Source of the DNA: a virus
Lineage: Duplodnaviria; Caudoviricetes
Reading direction: 5' to 3' (one strand)
Virus record (IMG/VR): IMGVR_UViG_3300029787_000035
Span: 1 to 61,600 of that record
DNA: 61,600 bases
The position numbers were made by a program, and so were the translations under genes. Positions 34,629 to 45,664 of the stretch are shown here, piece after piece. The notes beneath the pieces were generated by a model, which saw nothing but the letters and a program-made list of their open reading frames with translations, was not told the origin of the DNA and made no database searches. Positions within the stretch are counted from its first letter, which is position 1; the number at the start of each line of letters is the position of its first letter.

Positions 34629-36020
34629 ATGGCATCATCATATTCAACAGACCTCAAACTGGAGTTAATGGTAACCGGTGAAAACGCTGGTACATGGGGT
34701 GATAAAACAAACACAAATTTAAATTTAGTACAACAAGCAATTGCAGGTTTCGAGCAAGTTACACTTTCAAGTGGTGGTACTTTAGCTCTTGCAATGTCTG
34801 ATGGTGCACTATCAAACGCAAGAAATTTAGTTATTAAATTTGCTACAGCATCAATCGCTGCTAGCACAATTTGTACTATTCCAAATGGAATAGAAAAATT
34901 TTATATTTTTGATTGCACAGGATTAACTAACCCAACAAATTTAACAATTAAAACTGCTTCAGGAACAGGATTTACTCCAGACGCTGCAAAAATTTATGCT
35001 GCATATGCTGATGGAACAAACCTTAAAGAAGTATCTTTAGACACTTTAGGTGGCACGGTAGCTGCAGCTCAAATAGCTGATAGTGCTGTGACGACTGCCA
35101 AAATTGCTGCCGATGCTGTGACTGCTGCTAAAATTGCAGACAATGCAGTTGTAACTGCAGCGATAAATGCAGACGCAGTAACAAGTGCAAAAATTGCAGA
35201 TGATGCTGTTGGTGTAGATCAATTAGCAAACACTGCAGTAACTGCTGCAACATATACAGTAGCAACAATAACAGTTGATGCTCAAGGAAGAATTACTAAT
35301 GCATCTTCTGGATCAGCTGGTGAAGCAGATGAATTATTTTTTATTGAAGGAAGCGGTCAAACTGGTGTTATTCAAAACCCAGAAACTAAAATGAAAGCTG
35401 GATCAGAAGTAATGGTTTATGCTCAAGGTGGAGCCGGTGGCGGTGGTGGAAACCTAGGTGAAAACGGTGGACCATTTGGTGGAGCGCAAGGTGCTCCAGG
35501 TGGAATGGTTTTTTTCGTAACAACTTTATCAACTGCTTTAGCTTCATCTCCATACACACTTGGAGCTGCAGGCGCAGGAGGACCATCTGGTCCTAACCCA
35601 GGCGTGGCAGGTGGAGACACTATCGTAACAAACTTTGTTACTGCACCAGGAGGAACTGGTGGTGATGCTGGAAACAGAGGACCTTCATCTGGAGGAAACC
35701 CTTCTAACAGAGGTATAGGAATACCTCCAGTTAACAATAGTGCTACAGTAAGTTACAGTCCAAAAGCACCTACAAATGCTTATGGTCCAAATAGTGATGG
35801 AACTTTAAACAACACATTTACAAACCCTAAAGCAATGAGTGGACACATTATGAGAAATGTTTTCTCAGCACCTGGTACATTTGCTACATTTGGAAATAAC
35901 ACAGGTGGTGCAGGAGCAAATACTAACCAGAACTCTGGAGGAGTTCCAGGTAGTGTTCCTCCATCAGCAGGTTTTGCTGCTACTGGTAATGCATTCATTG
36001 GTATAATGGTTAAGAATTAA
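34629..36020 (+). CDS. Tail fiber protein
   Basis: GENAGTWG.KTN N-terminal anchor, AVT.AKIA 10-mer repeats, ITVDAQGRIT, Gly-rich C-terminal domain. Confidence 0.8.
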   Translation: MASSYSTDLKLELMVTGENAGTWGDKTNTNLNLVQQAIAGFEQVTLSSGGTLALAMSDGALSNARNLVIKFATASIAASTICTIPNGIEKFYIFDCTGLTNPTNLTIKTASGTGFTPDAAKIYAAYADGTNLKEVSLDTLGGTVAAAQIADSAVTTAKIAADAVTAAKIADNAVVTAAINADAVTSAKIADDAVGVDQLANTAVTAATYTVATITVDAQGRITNASSGSAGEADELFFIEGSGQTGVIQNPETKMKAGSEVMVYAQGGAGGGGGNLGENGGPFGGAQGAPGGMVFFVTTLSTALASSPYTLGAAGAGGPSGPNPGVAGGDTIVTNFVTAPGGTGGDAGNRGPSSGGNPSNRGIGIPPVNNSATVSYSPKAPTNAYGPNSDGTLNNTFTNPKAMSGHIMRNVFSAPGTFATFGNNTGGAGANTNQNSGGVPGSVPPSAGFAATGNAFIGIMVKN

Positions 36021-36032
36021 GGAGAATAAATT

Positions 36033-36491
36033 ATGGCTAAATACATTGGATTTTTTCACGAAGGACACACACCAGATAAACTTGCATCAAGCGATGCAGA
36101 AAAAGCTGCAATTACTGAACATGCACCTTATACAATTTGGGTAACTGTTTCTGATGAAGATTATGCAAAAGTTCACAATTCAACTCAGGAATGCCATGAA
36201 AACGGAGGAAGTATTGACTGGGGAGTTCAACATAATCAAGTTTCAATTCCAAAAGAAAATACAGAATCTGACATAGCTCATGAAGTAGAAACAATAAATG
36301 CTTGGCTTAATTCACCTGTAGCTACTGATTCAACAACTATAAATAAATGGACAGCTTATAGAAATGAATTACTTCAGTTAGATTTAGATTCAGTTTCAAC
36401 TACATGGCCTGTAACAGGGAATAATCCTATATTACCTTTAGAATTAAATGGTGATATTACTGAGTTTATGAATATCAAAAGATTACCGTAG
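36033..36491 (+). CDS. Tail fiber assembly chaperone-like
   Basis: Follows fiber gene; W.AYR..L...WP motif. Confidence 0.55.
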   Translation: MAKYIGFFHEGHTPDKLASSDAEKAAITEHAPYTIWVTVSDEDYAKVHNSTQECHENGGSIDWGVQHNQVSIPKENTESDIAHEVETINAWLNSPVATDSTTINKWTAYRNELLQLDLDSVSTTWPVTGNNPILPLELNGDITEFMNIKRLP

Positions 36492-36522
36492 TATTTTTTA
36501 AATAATTCTATATATATCTTCT

Positions 36523-37260
36523 ATGAATAAAATCATAGAATTCTATACTCAACCAGAAATAGCTTCAGATAAATCAATTTTACCTATTCCAGTTAAATTG
36601 AATATTCCAGAGTGGTTTAAAAAACTAGATGGAAAAAAAGAATTAGTTAAAAATTGTATGCCTTTTTTGGATACAATTACTACTGGTTACGCTTTAAAAA
36701 CAACATCTGATATATATGTAAACCACAACTTCCTTGATGATAATAATCAACCATCAACTGAAATGAAATGCCCATATGAAGCAAACCCTCATTTTTATGA
36801 CAGCTTAAGAATGAATGTAAATAAACTTAAGAATGCCGAACATCCTAGATGGCAGCTAGAGGGTTCTCCTATATTAAATAAAAATTCTAATTTAAAAATA
36901 AATAAAATAGTTTATCCATTTACAGTTAGAACACCTAAAAATTACAGTTGTTTATTTGTACCTCCTCTTAATAACAAAGATGATAGATTTGAAATTATAC
37001 CTGGTATTGTAGATACAGATACATTTCCAATGGAAACAAATTTTCCATTTATTGTAAATGGTGATAAATATAATAAATTAGAATTTACTATAAAAAAGGG
37101 AACTGTATTTGCACAGATTATTCCTTTTAAAAGAGAAAGTTGGAAAATGGTAGTAAAAGAAAATAGATCTTTTGCTTCAGATAATTACATATATAGGTAC
37201 TTTACAACATTTAAACATAAGTATAAAAACATGGCATGGAACAAAAAAACTTTTCGTTAA
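36523..37260 (+). CDS. Conserved hypothetical protein often next to oxygenases
   Basis: PEWFK...CMPFLD...GY; PG.VDTD; QIIPFKRE.W. Confidence 0.7.
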   Translation: MNKIIEFYTQPEIASDKSILPIPVKLNIPEWFKKLDGKKELVKNCMPFLDTITTGYALKTTSDIYVNHNFLDDNNQPSTEMKCPYEANPHFYDSLRMNVNKLKNAEHPRWQLEGSPILNKNSNLKINKIVYPFTVRTPKNYSCLFVPPLNNKDDRFEIIPGIVDTDTFPMETNFPFIVNGDKYNKLEFTIKKGTVFAQIIPFKRESWKMVVKENRSFASDNYIYRYFTTFKHKYKNMAWNKKTFR

Positions 37261-37835
37261 CTGATCACATACACACGATACATGAGTTTCTGGATTATAA
37301 AACAGTAAGTCAATTACTTAAATATATTAACAGGCTTGATAAACAAAATAAATTTGGTGATGCACAAATAATAGGAGAAACCAAAGATCCTAGTCAATCA
37401 ACAGTAGATACAAAAATAAGAGATACAAGAAATTACGCTCTTACAAATTTAAACGATTCTAAAACAGATCAACACTGGTGTAATTTATTAATAAGTTCTT
37501 TTAGAAAAGCTTCTGATGTTTATCGTAAACAATATCATCATATAGATATTGCAGATATTATAGATATTCAAATATTAAAATATTCAGTGGGTGGTCACTA
37601 TATACAACATGTAGATGATCATTATAATATACCAAGAACGTTAAGTTTTATATATAGACTTAATAATGATTTTAAAGGTGGAGATTTAGTTTTTAATGAT
37701 AGAGATAAAGAAATGCTAAGATTAAAACCAGAACCTAATTCTTTAATTATGTGGCCTAGTAATTTTTTATATCCTCATGGAGTAGAGCCTGTAAGTGAAG
37801 GAACAAGATGGAGTATTGTAGCATGGGCAAGATAG
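37236..37835 (+). CDS. Prolyl-4-hydroxylase-like 2OG-Fe(II) oxygenase
   Basis: HVD...LNNDFKGG...PSNFLYPHGV.PV..G.RWS. Confidence 0.88.
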   Translation: MEQKNFSLTDHIHTIHEFLDYKTVSQLLKYINRLDKQNKFGDAQIIGETKDPSQSTVDTKIRDTRNYALTNLNDSKTDQHWCNLLISSFRKASDVYRKQYHHIDIADIIDIQILKYSVGGHYIQHVDDHYNIPRTLSFIYRLNNDFKGGDLVFNDRDKEMLRLKPEPNSLIMWPSNFLYPHGVEPVSEGTRWSIVAWAR

Positions 37836-38383
37836 CAAATGGTTATAAAGTAATAAAAAATATTCTTACAAAAGAAGAACAATTATTATTAAAAGGTTAC
37901 ACTGATATTCAACATAGATTTAATACTAAAAATTTTGATACTATGGGGCAAAGCGATAACATGGATACTTGTTTTTATGAAGACCCGTTAATGGAAGCTT
38001 TATTACTATCAAAGCAAAGTATAATGGAGAAAGAAACAAATTTAAAATTATTTCCAACATACAGTTTTTGGAGAATGTATACTTATGGTGCTACTCTAGC
38101 TAAACATACAGATAGAAGTTCTTGTGAAATATCAGTTACAATTAATATGGCTGGAGATGGAACACCATGGCCAATCTATATTGGTAAATCAGAAATTAAC
38201 CTAGAGCCTGGTGATGGTGTTATTTATGAAGGTATTGATAATGAACATTGGAGAGATGAGTATTTAGGTGATGGACAAGCACAAGTATTTTTACATTATG
38301 TAGATCAAAATGGTGATCATAAAGACTGGAAATACGATAAAAGACATGGGATAGGTTACCCTATAACTTACAAACATAATTAA
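37808..38383 (+). CDS. 2OG-Fe(II) oxygenase
   Basis: PTYS..R.Y...HTDR.SCEIS...HWR...QVFLHY. Confidence 0.8.
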   Translation: MEYCSMGKIANGYKVIKNILTKEEQLLLKGYTDIQHRFNTKNFDTMGQSDNMDTCFYEDPLMEALLLSKQSIMEKETNLKLFPTYSFWRMYTYGATLAKHTDRSSCEISVTINMAGDGTPWPIYIGKSEINLEPGDGVIYEGIDNEHWRDEYLGDGQAQVFLHYVDQNGDHKDWKYDKRHGIGYPITYKHN

Positions 38384-38406
38384 TTTTGATATAATGGTCT
38401 AAAATT

Positions 38407-40551
38407 ATGCCATTAACAAATATACAAATTAGACCTGGATTTAATAAACAAGTCACTGCTACTGGTGCTGAAGGGCAATGGGCAGATGGAGACTTTGTAA
38501 GATTTAGGTATGGTTTACCTGAAAAGATAGGTGGATGGGCTCAAATTACAAGTAAGACTCTTGTTGGAGCAGTTAGAGAACAACTTGTTTGGGCTGATCT
38601 AGACGGAAGAAAGTATGCTGCACTTGGCACTAACAAAGCATTAATTATATACTATGAAGGTGCTTTCTATGACATCACTCCTTTTGATAGGACAATAACA
38701 GGTGCTACTTTTAACACGACAGATACTTCTGCGACAGTGACAGTAAATAAAACTGCTCACGGTCTTATAGCTGGTGACTTACTTACTTTTAGTGCAGTTA
38801 CAGTACCAGTTGGATCTGGATATTCAACATCTGATTTTACAACAAACACTTATGAAGTTGTTACAGTTCCAACATCGGATACCTTTACTGTAACCATGGC
38901 CACTGCAGCAACTGGCACAACATCTGGAGCTGGTGCTGCTACCATCAATCCTTATGTAAATGTAGGTCCCTTAACGCAGACTGCAGGTTACGGTTGGGGC
39001 ACATCTTCTTGGGGAGGAGCAACCGGTACCTTATCAACTTTAGACGGTGCTCTAGCTGACGATACTGCTGGTAACAATGGATCGTCAACAGATATCACAC
39101 TCACTAGCACGACAAATTTTCCAACTGCCGGTACAATAAAGGTAGGTACAGAATTTATCTCATACACAGCAATAAGTGGAAATATATTGCAACAAATAAC
39201 AAGAGGTGTAGCCGGAACAAGAAGCAGTCATTCTAATGGATCGACAGTTGAGTTCTATACAGCTTGGGGAGAAACATCTACTACAAGTTCGGTAATCCTA
39301 GAGCCAGCCTCTTGGTCTCTTGATCATTTTGGCGAAAAGCTAATTGCTACTGTAAAAAATGGTAAAACATATGAATGGAATCCTATACAAGCATCTGGTA
39401 ACGCTTTAGAAACTAGAGCCTCTGTAGTTACTGGTGCACCCACTAGATCAGTCATGTCAATTGTTTCTGAAAGAGATAGACACTTAATTATTATGGGAAC
39501 AGAAACAAGTATAGGTAATACTACATCACAAGATAAAATGTTTATTAGATTTTCAGACCAAGAAAATTTAAGTGATTATTTACCTACTTCAACAAATACT
39601 GCAGGAACATTTAGGTTAGACTCAGGTGTAAAAATTGTTGGAGCTGCTAAAGCAAAAGATTATATTTTAATTTTAACAGATACATCTGCTTATGTAATGC
39701 AGTTTGTTGGACCACCTTTTACATTTTCAATTAGACAAGTAGGTAGTAATTGTGGATTGATTGGACAACACGCTATCAAATATGTAAATGGTGCAGTTTG
39801 GTGGATGGGTCAAGCAGGAGGATTTTTTGTTTATGATGGTACAGTAAAAAGTGTACCTTGTTTAGTAGAAGATTTTGTATTTACATCAAAAGGAGATAAT
39901 TTAGGTATAAATTATACTTCTGGTGAACAAGTATATGCTGGCTTAAATCATTTGTATGAAGAGATAAGTTGGTTCTACCCTAAAGCTAATTCTACTGCTG
40001 TTGATAGAGTTGTTACTTATAATTATACAGAAAATACTTGGACGACTGGTTCATTATCAAGAACTACTTGGTTTGATGCTACACTTTACGATAACCCTTA
40101 TGCTTCTGAATTTATAGGCACTGGTACACCTTCTTTCCCAACAATACTTGGAGTAAGTGCAGCTAATGGTGCATCTACATACTATGCACATGAAGTTGGA
40201 AATGATCAAGTAGATTTTGCAGGCACCCCAACTGCAATCCCTGCATTTATAGAATCTGGTGATTTTGATTTAGGAGAAGGGCAAGATTTCATGAGCATGA
40301 GAAGATTTGTTCCTGATTTTAAATTACTTACTGGTAATGCACAGGTAACAATAAACCTTAGAAATTATTCGACTGACGCATCAAAGTCCTCGCCTCTCGG
40401 ACCTTTTACGATAACTTCAACGACTGACAAAGTTAATACTAGAGCAAGAGGTAGAGCTGCTAGTTTAAAAATTGCTAATTTATCTACAGGCCAAAATTGG
40501 AGATTTGGAACATTTAGAGCCGATGTACAACCCGATGGTATGCGAGGATAA
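38407..40551 (+). CDS. Tail tube/nozzle (head-stabilisation-like) protein
   Basis: 714 aa; PEKIGGW, IRFSDQE, CGLIG, FIESGDFD beta-propeller-like; position. Confidence 0.65.
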   Translation: MPLTNIQIRPGFNKQVTATGAEGQWADGDFVRFRYGLPEKIGGWAQITSKTLVGAVREQLVWADLDGRKYAALGTNKALIIYYEGAFYDITPFDRTITGATFNTTDTSATVTVNKTAHGLIAGDLLTFSAVTVPVGSGYSTSDFTTNTYEVVTVPTSDTFTVTMATAATGTTSGAGAATINPYVNVGPLTQTAGYGWGTSSWGGATGTLSTLDGALADDTAGNNGSSTDITLTSTTNFPTAGTIKVGTEFISYTAISGNILQQITRGVAGTRSSHSNGSTVEFYTAWGETSTTSSVILEPASWSLDHFGEKLIATVKNGKTYEWNPIQASGNALETRASVVTGAPTRSVMSIVSERDRHLIIMGTETSIGNTTSQDKMFIRFSDQENLSDYLPTSTNTAGTFRLDSGVKIVGAAKAKDYILILTDTSAYVMQFVGPPFTFSIRQVGSNCGLIGQHAIKYVNGAVWWMGQAGGFFVYDGTVKSVPCLVEDFVFTSKGDNLGINYTSGEQVYAGLNHLYEEISWFYPKANSTAVDRVVTYNYTENTWTTGSLSRTTWFDATLYDNPYASEFIGTGTPSFPTILGVSAANGASTYYAHEVGNDQVDFAGTPTAIPAFIESGDFDLGEGQDFMSMRRFVPDFKLLTGNAQVTINLRNYSTDASKSSPLGPFTITSTTDKVNTRARGRAASLKIANLSTGQNWRFGTFRADVQPDGMRG

Positions 40552-40563
40552 TACATTTTTTAT

Positions 40564-41109
40564 ATGATAAGAAATGATCTATTTGAAACTCCAATATGGA
40601 GCACACAAGTTGAATTAGATATAAATACACTTATAAAAATATTTGATGAAGCAGTAAAAAATAATTACACTGCATTAAATAGTTCTACAGATGGTTCTAT
40701 ACAAACACAAAATTTGTGTAAAACAGATGCTTTTAAAGATATTAAAATAAATATTGAAGAAATATTTAAAGATGAAACAAACCAAGAAGTATCTATTACA
40801 AGTGCTTGGATTTGTAAAAACCCACCAGGTTCAAGAAACAAAAACCATATACATGGTGCATGTGATTTATCTGGAGTATATTATATTCAAACACCTAAAA
40901 ATTCTGGAGATATAGTGTTTTCTAATCCTAATCCAATAGTTCAACACAAAGAACTTTATAACAAAGATAAATGTTTTTGGCATCAATATAAGCTTGAACC
41001 TGTAGAAAAAGGTATTTTATTTTTTCCTTGTTGGGTGCCTCATGAAGTAGAAACTAATAAATCAGAAAAAAACCGACTAGCATTATCTTTCAATATGGTT
41101 TATATTTAG
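40564..41109 (+). CDS. TIGR02466-type 2OG-Fe(II) oxygenase
   Basis: LF.TPI, W...H.H...LSGVYY, FP.W..H.V, R...SFN. Confidence 0.85.
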   Translation: MIRNDLFETPIWSTQVELDINTLIKIFDEAVKNNYTALNSSTDGSIQTQNLCKTDAFKDIKINIEEIFKDETNQEVSITSAWICKNPPGSRNKNHIHGACDLSGVYYIQTPKNSGDIVFSNPNPIVQHKELYNKDKCFWHQYKLEPVEKGILFFPCWVPHEVETNKSEKNRLALSFNMVYI

Positions 41110-41111
41110 CT

Positions 41112-41276
41112 ATGGCAAAAATTAATATTATTATACCAGAACCTACTGATCAATATTCTGAGGATAACCAAAGACAAATTGCTCAAGCATTAAGAACATT
41201 AGCAGATCAATTAAATACAACATTTCAAGTTGATCAAGCAGAGGAGGACCAAGCATTTACTTGGTTTAATAACTAA
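41112..41276 (+). CDS. Small tail-module protein (54 aa)
   Basis: MAKINIIIPEP...NQRQI...WF; TAATG coupling. Confidence 0.65.
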   Translation: MAKINIIIPEPTDQYSEDNQRQIAQALRTLADQLNTTFQVDQAEEDQAFTWFNN

Positions 41277-41620
41277 TGTCCTTACAATATAAAAATCAAT
41301 CATTTAATCTTACAACATCAAATCTTACAACAGTATTGACTATCGATTCTCAATCAAGAGCATTAATAAAAGGTATGAATATAACAAATCAACTGGGTAG
41401 TACTGTGTTAGTTAAATGTCAAGTTAAGGATAATAGTGCTTCAAGCAATACAGAATTTTTTCATAAGACTGTTGCAAACGCTTCTACAGAAACTGATGTA
41501 GCAGGAAAAGTTTTAGTTTTAGAAGAAAGTGATAGTATAAAAGTACAATCTGCTACAGCTGATGCTATTCAAGGTGTCATTTCTTATGCTTTGATAAATA
41601 GATCTGATCAAAATGGCTAA
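41276..41620 (+). CDS. Small structural protein
   Basis: YKN...LVLEESD.IK motif. Confidence 0.7.
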   Translation: MSLQYKNQSFNLTTSNLTTVLTIDSQSRALIKGMNITNQLGSTVLVKCQVKDNSASSNTEFFHKTVANASTETDVAGKVLVLEESDSIKVQSATADAIQGVISYALINRSDQNG

Positions 41621-41753
41621 ACAAAAATTTACGCATTTTATCCCTAGGGATAAGCCAAAGAAAAGAGGACCAGGAGCACACAAGAAAAATAAAAATAAAG
41701 ATGAAAAAAGAAGATGTAAAAAACAACGTTATAAAGGACAAGGAAGAGTATGA
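41613..41753 (+). CDS. 46-aa highly basic peptide ending YKGQGRV
   Basis: Read by hand; overlaps both neighbours. Confidence 0.6.
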   Translation: MAKQKFTHFIPRDKPKKRGPGAHKKNKNKDEKRRCKKQRYKGQGRV

Positions 41754-41974
41754 TATTTAAAAGATTAGAAGGCACTGCAAACTTTAGAATAGAGTTTGAT
41801 GATGATGAAATTAAGTTAATAAATAAACAAAAACATTTCGAGTTAACCCCTGAAGGAGTTGCTAAATTTGCAGGAAAATTAATGGGTGCTGCAGTTGAAA
41901 TACGCTCAGAAGTGTATAAAATAAATAAAGATATAGGAAATGAAATTTTTAAAGAAACAGAGGTAATAAAATAA
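41750..41974 (+). CDS. Hypothetical protein
   Basis: Coupled ORF. Confidence 0.6.
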   Translation: MIFKRLEGTANFRIEFDDDEIKLINKQKHFELTPEGVAKFAGKLMGAAVEIRSEVYKINKDIGNEIFKETEVIK

Positions 41975-42174
41975 TGTCTGACGATTTAATTACAATACCA
42001 GCGGTAGCGAAAGAAATTGTTAAGCACAAAAGAACAGGTAAGGTGTATGATAGCAAAGCTCATTTTGATTCTGATGTTGCTGATCCCAACACTGATACTA
42101 CTGTGGATGATTTTCAACAAGACCTAGAAATAAAGGTTGCAAAATTGGAGCTAGTTAGTAAAACCAAAGAATAA
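41974..42174 (+). CDS. Hypothetical protein
   Basis: RTG.VY...DVADPNTDT motif; coupled. Confidence 0.7.
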   Translation: MSDDLITIPAVAKEIVKHKRTGKVYDSKAHFDSDVADPNTDTTVDDFQQDLEIKVAKLELVSKTKE

Positions 42175-42686
42175 TGTATCAACAATTATTTGGTAGTCCT
42201 ATTTGGGTAACTAAAATACAACCACCAAAAATTTTTCTAGATAGCAAGAATTTTAAACCAAATTGGGGAAGTCAAACTTTGTCTTCTTTCAGTCAAAATC
42301 CAGAGGATAATATATTAAAAGAAAATGGTGAAACATATCTTTTAAATAAAATTAATAATTGTCTTATTGATTTAAATGTAAAAAAAATAAGATTAATTAA
42401 TATTTGGCGAAACATTTATCAAAATACTTTTCAAGATAGACACATGCATGTAAAGTCACATTTTAGTTTTACTATATATGAAAAGTTACCAAAACCTCAA
42501 ACTGTATTTTTTCACCCTGCTCATGATATGATTTATGCATTAGGATTAGAAAATTATATAGATCCTACAATTGCACCAAATGTTGTTGAAGGAGATATGG
42601 TTTTATTTCCAAGTTATTTAGAACATATGGTAAAGCCTAACGATCAAGCCATGACTATTAGTGGTAACATAGAAATAGTAGAATGA
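42174..42686 (+). CDS. TIGR02466-type 2OG-Fe(II) oxygenase
   Basis: HMH...EGDMVLFPSYLEHMV...ISGN. Confidence 0.8.
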   Translation: MYQQLFGSPIWVTKIQPPKIFLDSKNFKPNWGSQTLSSFSQNPEDNILKENGETYLLNKINNCLIDLNVKKIRLINIWRNIYQNTFQDRHMHVKSHFSFTIYEKLPKPQTVFFHPAHDMIYALGLENYIDPTIAPNVVEGDMVLFPSYLEHMVKPNDQAMTISGNIEIVE

Positions 42687-44185
42687 AATTTTTGGGTCTT
42701 AGATTATGTGAGCATGACTCAAATATTTCTTACTCTGATGGCACAAGTGTAAAGTATTTTAAACACGAACGGTACAATCAAATTAAACATTATGGATGTA
42801 ATAATCTTTTTGAATGGTGTGAAATAGAAAATTATTTAAATATAAAACTATCTGACCTAGACGCAATAGCTATAGTGATTGATGTTTTTAGATATCCTCA
42901 CCTTAAAAAAGAAGATCCAGAAGCTCTTTTTGAAAAATTTAAAATACCACAAAAACCATTTACTGATTTAGACTGTCCAGTATTTAGAGTTGATCATCAT
43001 TATGCTCATAGTTTATCTAATTGGCCACTTGTTGATAAAGCAGATGTTGACTTTGTATTAGATGGGTTTGGTGACTTAAGAAGATCTTGTAGTATTTTTT
43101 CTAATAATAAATTTGTAGATGTATTTACTTTAGAAACAATGTTTTCTTTGGGTAAACAATTGTCACTTATGGGTGAACACATGAACATCTTTGCAGTTGG
43201 TGATGATGCTGCAGGCAAACTAATGGCCTTAAAAGCTTTTGGTAATTTTAATCAAAAGTATTATGATTACATGTCACAATTCGAATTAAATGATACTAAA
43301 AAAATATTTGATTATAATGAATTTGTAAAATGTGTAGGAAGTGAACTAGCAGCTAATTATAAATTTATAGATTATTTAAGAACTCTGCATGACTACATGG
43401 AAGTTGCGTTTCCTAAATTTTTTATGAAGTATGCAAAATCAAATGATGTTATTACTTATTCTGGTGGGGTAGCACACAATGTGTGTATAAATACACAAAT
43501 AAGAAAACAGTTTCCTAATTTAATTATACCACCTCATTGTAATGATGAAGGCTTGTCTTTAGGTTGTATTGAATTTTTAAGGCAACATTACAATCAACCA
43601 AAATTTAAAAACACTGGCTATCCTTATTGGCAATCTGATATGAGACCAGAAAAAGACGCTTCTTCAGAAACAATTAAAAAAACTGCAGAAGATTTAGCTA
43701 ATGGTAAAATTATTGGTTGGTATCAAGGACATGGTGAAATAGGACCAAGAGCTTTAGGTAATAGATCAATACTTATGAGTCCAGAAGTTAAAAATGGAAA
43801 ACATATACTTAATAGTAAAGTAAAACATAGAGAAGATTATAGACCTTTTGCAGCATCAATTTTAATAGAAGATACAAAAAATTATTTTGATTGGGAAGGA
43901 GAAAGTGATTATATGAAATACAGTGTTAAATTTAAAGACAAAGTATTTGAACCTATTTCACATATAGATAATACTAGCAGAATACAAACAGTAAAACCTA
44001 ATCTAAATATTTATTATGAACTTATATCTGAGTTTAAAAAACTGACTGGTCTTCCAATGTTATTAAATACTTCTTTGAATGATAATGGTAAACCAATAGC
44101 AGGTAAACCTGCAGACGCATTAGCTTTACTTAAAAATTCTGAATTAGATAGTTTAGTTATTGGTGATACAACTATAAACAAATGA
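42683..44185 (+). CDS. NodU/CmcH-family carbamoyltransferase 2
   Basis: HDS, HHYAHS, DGFGD, GKLMAL, SGGVAHN, E.GPRALGNRS, RPFA, LNTSLN. Confidence 0.92.
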   Translation: MKFLGLRLCEHDSNISYSDGTSVKYFKHERYNQIKHYGCNNLFEWCEIENYLNIKLSDLDAIAIVIDVFRYPHLKKEDPEALFEKFKIPQKPFTDLDCPVFRVDHHYAHSLSNWPLVDKADVDFVLDGFGDLRRSCSIFSNNKFVDVFTLETMFSLGKQLSLMGEHMNIFAVGDDAAGKLMALKAFGNFNQKYYDYMSQFELNDTKKIFDYNEFVKCVGSELAANYKFIDYLRTLHDYMEVAFPKFFMKYAKSNDVITYSGGVAHNVCINTQIRKQFPNLIIPPHCNDEGLSLGCIEFLRQHYNQPKFKNTGYPYWQSDMRPEKDASSETIKKTAEDLANGKIIGWYQGHGEIGPRALGNRSILMSPEVKNGKHILNSKVKHREDYRPFAASILIEDTKNYFDWEGESDYMKYSVKFKDKVFEPISHIDNTSRIQTVKPNLNIYYELISEFKKLTGLPMLLNTSLNDNGKPIAGKPADALALLKNSELDSLVIGDTTINK

Positions 44186-44745
44186 TAAATAAAATAATAC
44201 ATAGTTTCGATGAAATAAAATGTCAAAAGTTATTCGAAGATTTTATTTTTATACACTGGACTGAAAAAGAAATTAAAGATTTTATTGAAAAAAATTATAA
44301 GGATAAATTAAAATTCTATGACAATATAAATTTTTATTTAAAAAAAGATTTTGTAAAAGCTTGTCTCTTACATAGATATGGTGGAATATTTATAAACAAA
44401 AATTTAGATATACAAAAAAACTTTTATAATAATTTAGATCCTGTTAGGTTAAATATTCTTGAACGATATGAAAATAATCAAATACAATTAGATGATTCAA
44501 TGGTTGCAATAGAAAACAATATGCAGGGTTTAATGCTTATATTAGATGATATAATAAATGATAGTCTTTTTGAAAATGTAAATAAATCTAACTATACAGA
44601 ATATGGTTTTTTAAAAAGTGCAAAAGAGCTGTATAAAAATTCTAGACATGCTTATAAAGTGTTGCCTCATACTCAATTTAATGTTAAACAAACTGATATT
44701 AACTTATACAATAAAGAACAAATATATATTATAAATGGATTCTAG
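44182..44745 (+). CDS. Degenerate GT32-like glycosyltransferase
   Basis: IIH...WT...DFVK..LLHRYGGIF, but the DxD position reads NKN. Confidence 0.5.
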   Translation: MINKIIHSFDEIKCQKLFEDFIFIHWTEKEIKDFIEKNYKDKLKFYDNINFYLKKDFVKACLLHRYGGIFINKNLDIQKNFYNNLDPVRLNILERYENNQIQLDDSMVAIENNMQGLMLILDDIINDSLFENVNKSNYTEYGFLKSAKELYKNSRHAYKVLPHTQFNVKQTDINLYNKEQIYIINGF

Positions 44746-45664
44746 AGGTGGTACAGAGTTACAAATGGAAATGCTTTTAAAGCATTGTCCAAAAGATTTA
44801 GTAGAATCAGTACAGATATGTACATCTATACCGGGTAAGGTTCCTTTAGATCCAAATAAAATAAATATATTATGGCAAAAAAATTCATACGATCAACCTA
44901 ACTTACAAGAGTTTTTTGGAAACAAAGAAAGACATAAAGAATATGACTGGTATGTTTTTAACAGTCATTGGAACTACGAAAAATTTAGATATTTTTTTGA
45001 CATACCAACTGATAAATCAATAGTAATTAAGAATGGGTGTTTGAGTTTTCCAACAAGAAAAATATATAAAAAAGGTGACCCGATTAAAATAATACATCAT
45101 TGTACTCCATGGAGAGGTTTAAATGTTTTGTTAGGAGCAATGCAAGAAATAAAAGATCCTAATATAACATTGGATGTTTATAGTTCTACACAAGTCTATG
45201 GTAGTGACTTTAGTAAAGAACATGATGAACAATTTAAACCTTTATATGATCAAGCAAAAAAATTACCAAATGTAAATTACATTGGTTATAAACCCCATGA
45301 ATATATTTTAGAAAAAATGCCTGAGTATGACATGTTTGTATACCCTAGCATATTTGAAGAAACTTCTTGTATCTCAGCTATGGAAGCATTGTCAGCTGGT
45401 GTTCATGTTATTACCAATAATCTAGGTGCTCTTTACGAAACTTGTGGTGAATGGCCTGTGTATGTTAATTACACAGATGATTTAGAAAGTATGGCTATTG
45501 CTACGGCACATGCAATACAAGTAGCAGCAGGTTATTTACATGAAGATTTTATGCAAGAACATTTAACAGAACAACAAAAATTTTATAAAAGATTTTATAA
45601 TTGGAATAAGAAAGGCATGGAATGGGAGAATTTTTTAAAAGGAGCGTTGCGTGCAAAAAGATAA
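44735..45664 (+). CDS. GT-B (family 4-like) glycosyltransferase
   Basis: GGTE, PWRGL, YPSIFEETSCISAMEA. Confidence 0.85.
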   Translation: MDSRGGTELQMEMLLKHCPKDLVESVQICTSIPGKVPLDPNKINILWQKNSYDQPNLQEFFGNKERHKEYDWYVFNSHWNYEKFRYFFDIPTDKSIVIKNGCLSFPTRKIYKKGDPIKIIHHCTPWRGLNVLLGAMQEIKDPNITLDVYSSTQVYGSDFSKEHDEQFKPLYDQAKKLPNVNYIGYKPHEYILEKMPEYDMFVYPSIFEETSCISAMEALSAGVHVITNNLGALYETCGEWPVYVNYTDDLESMAIATAHAIQVAAGYLHEDFMQEHLTEQQKFYKRFYNWNKKGMEWENFLKGALRAKR

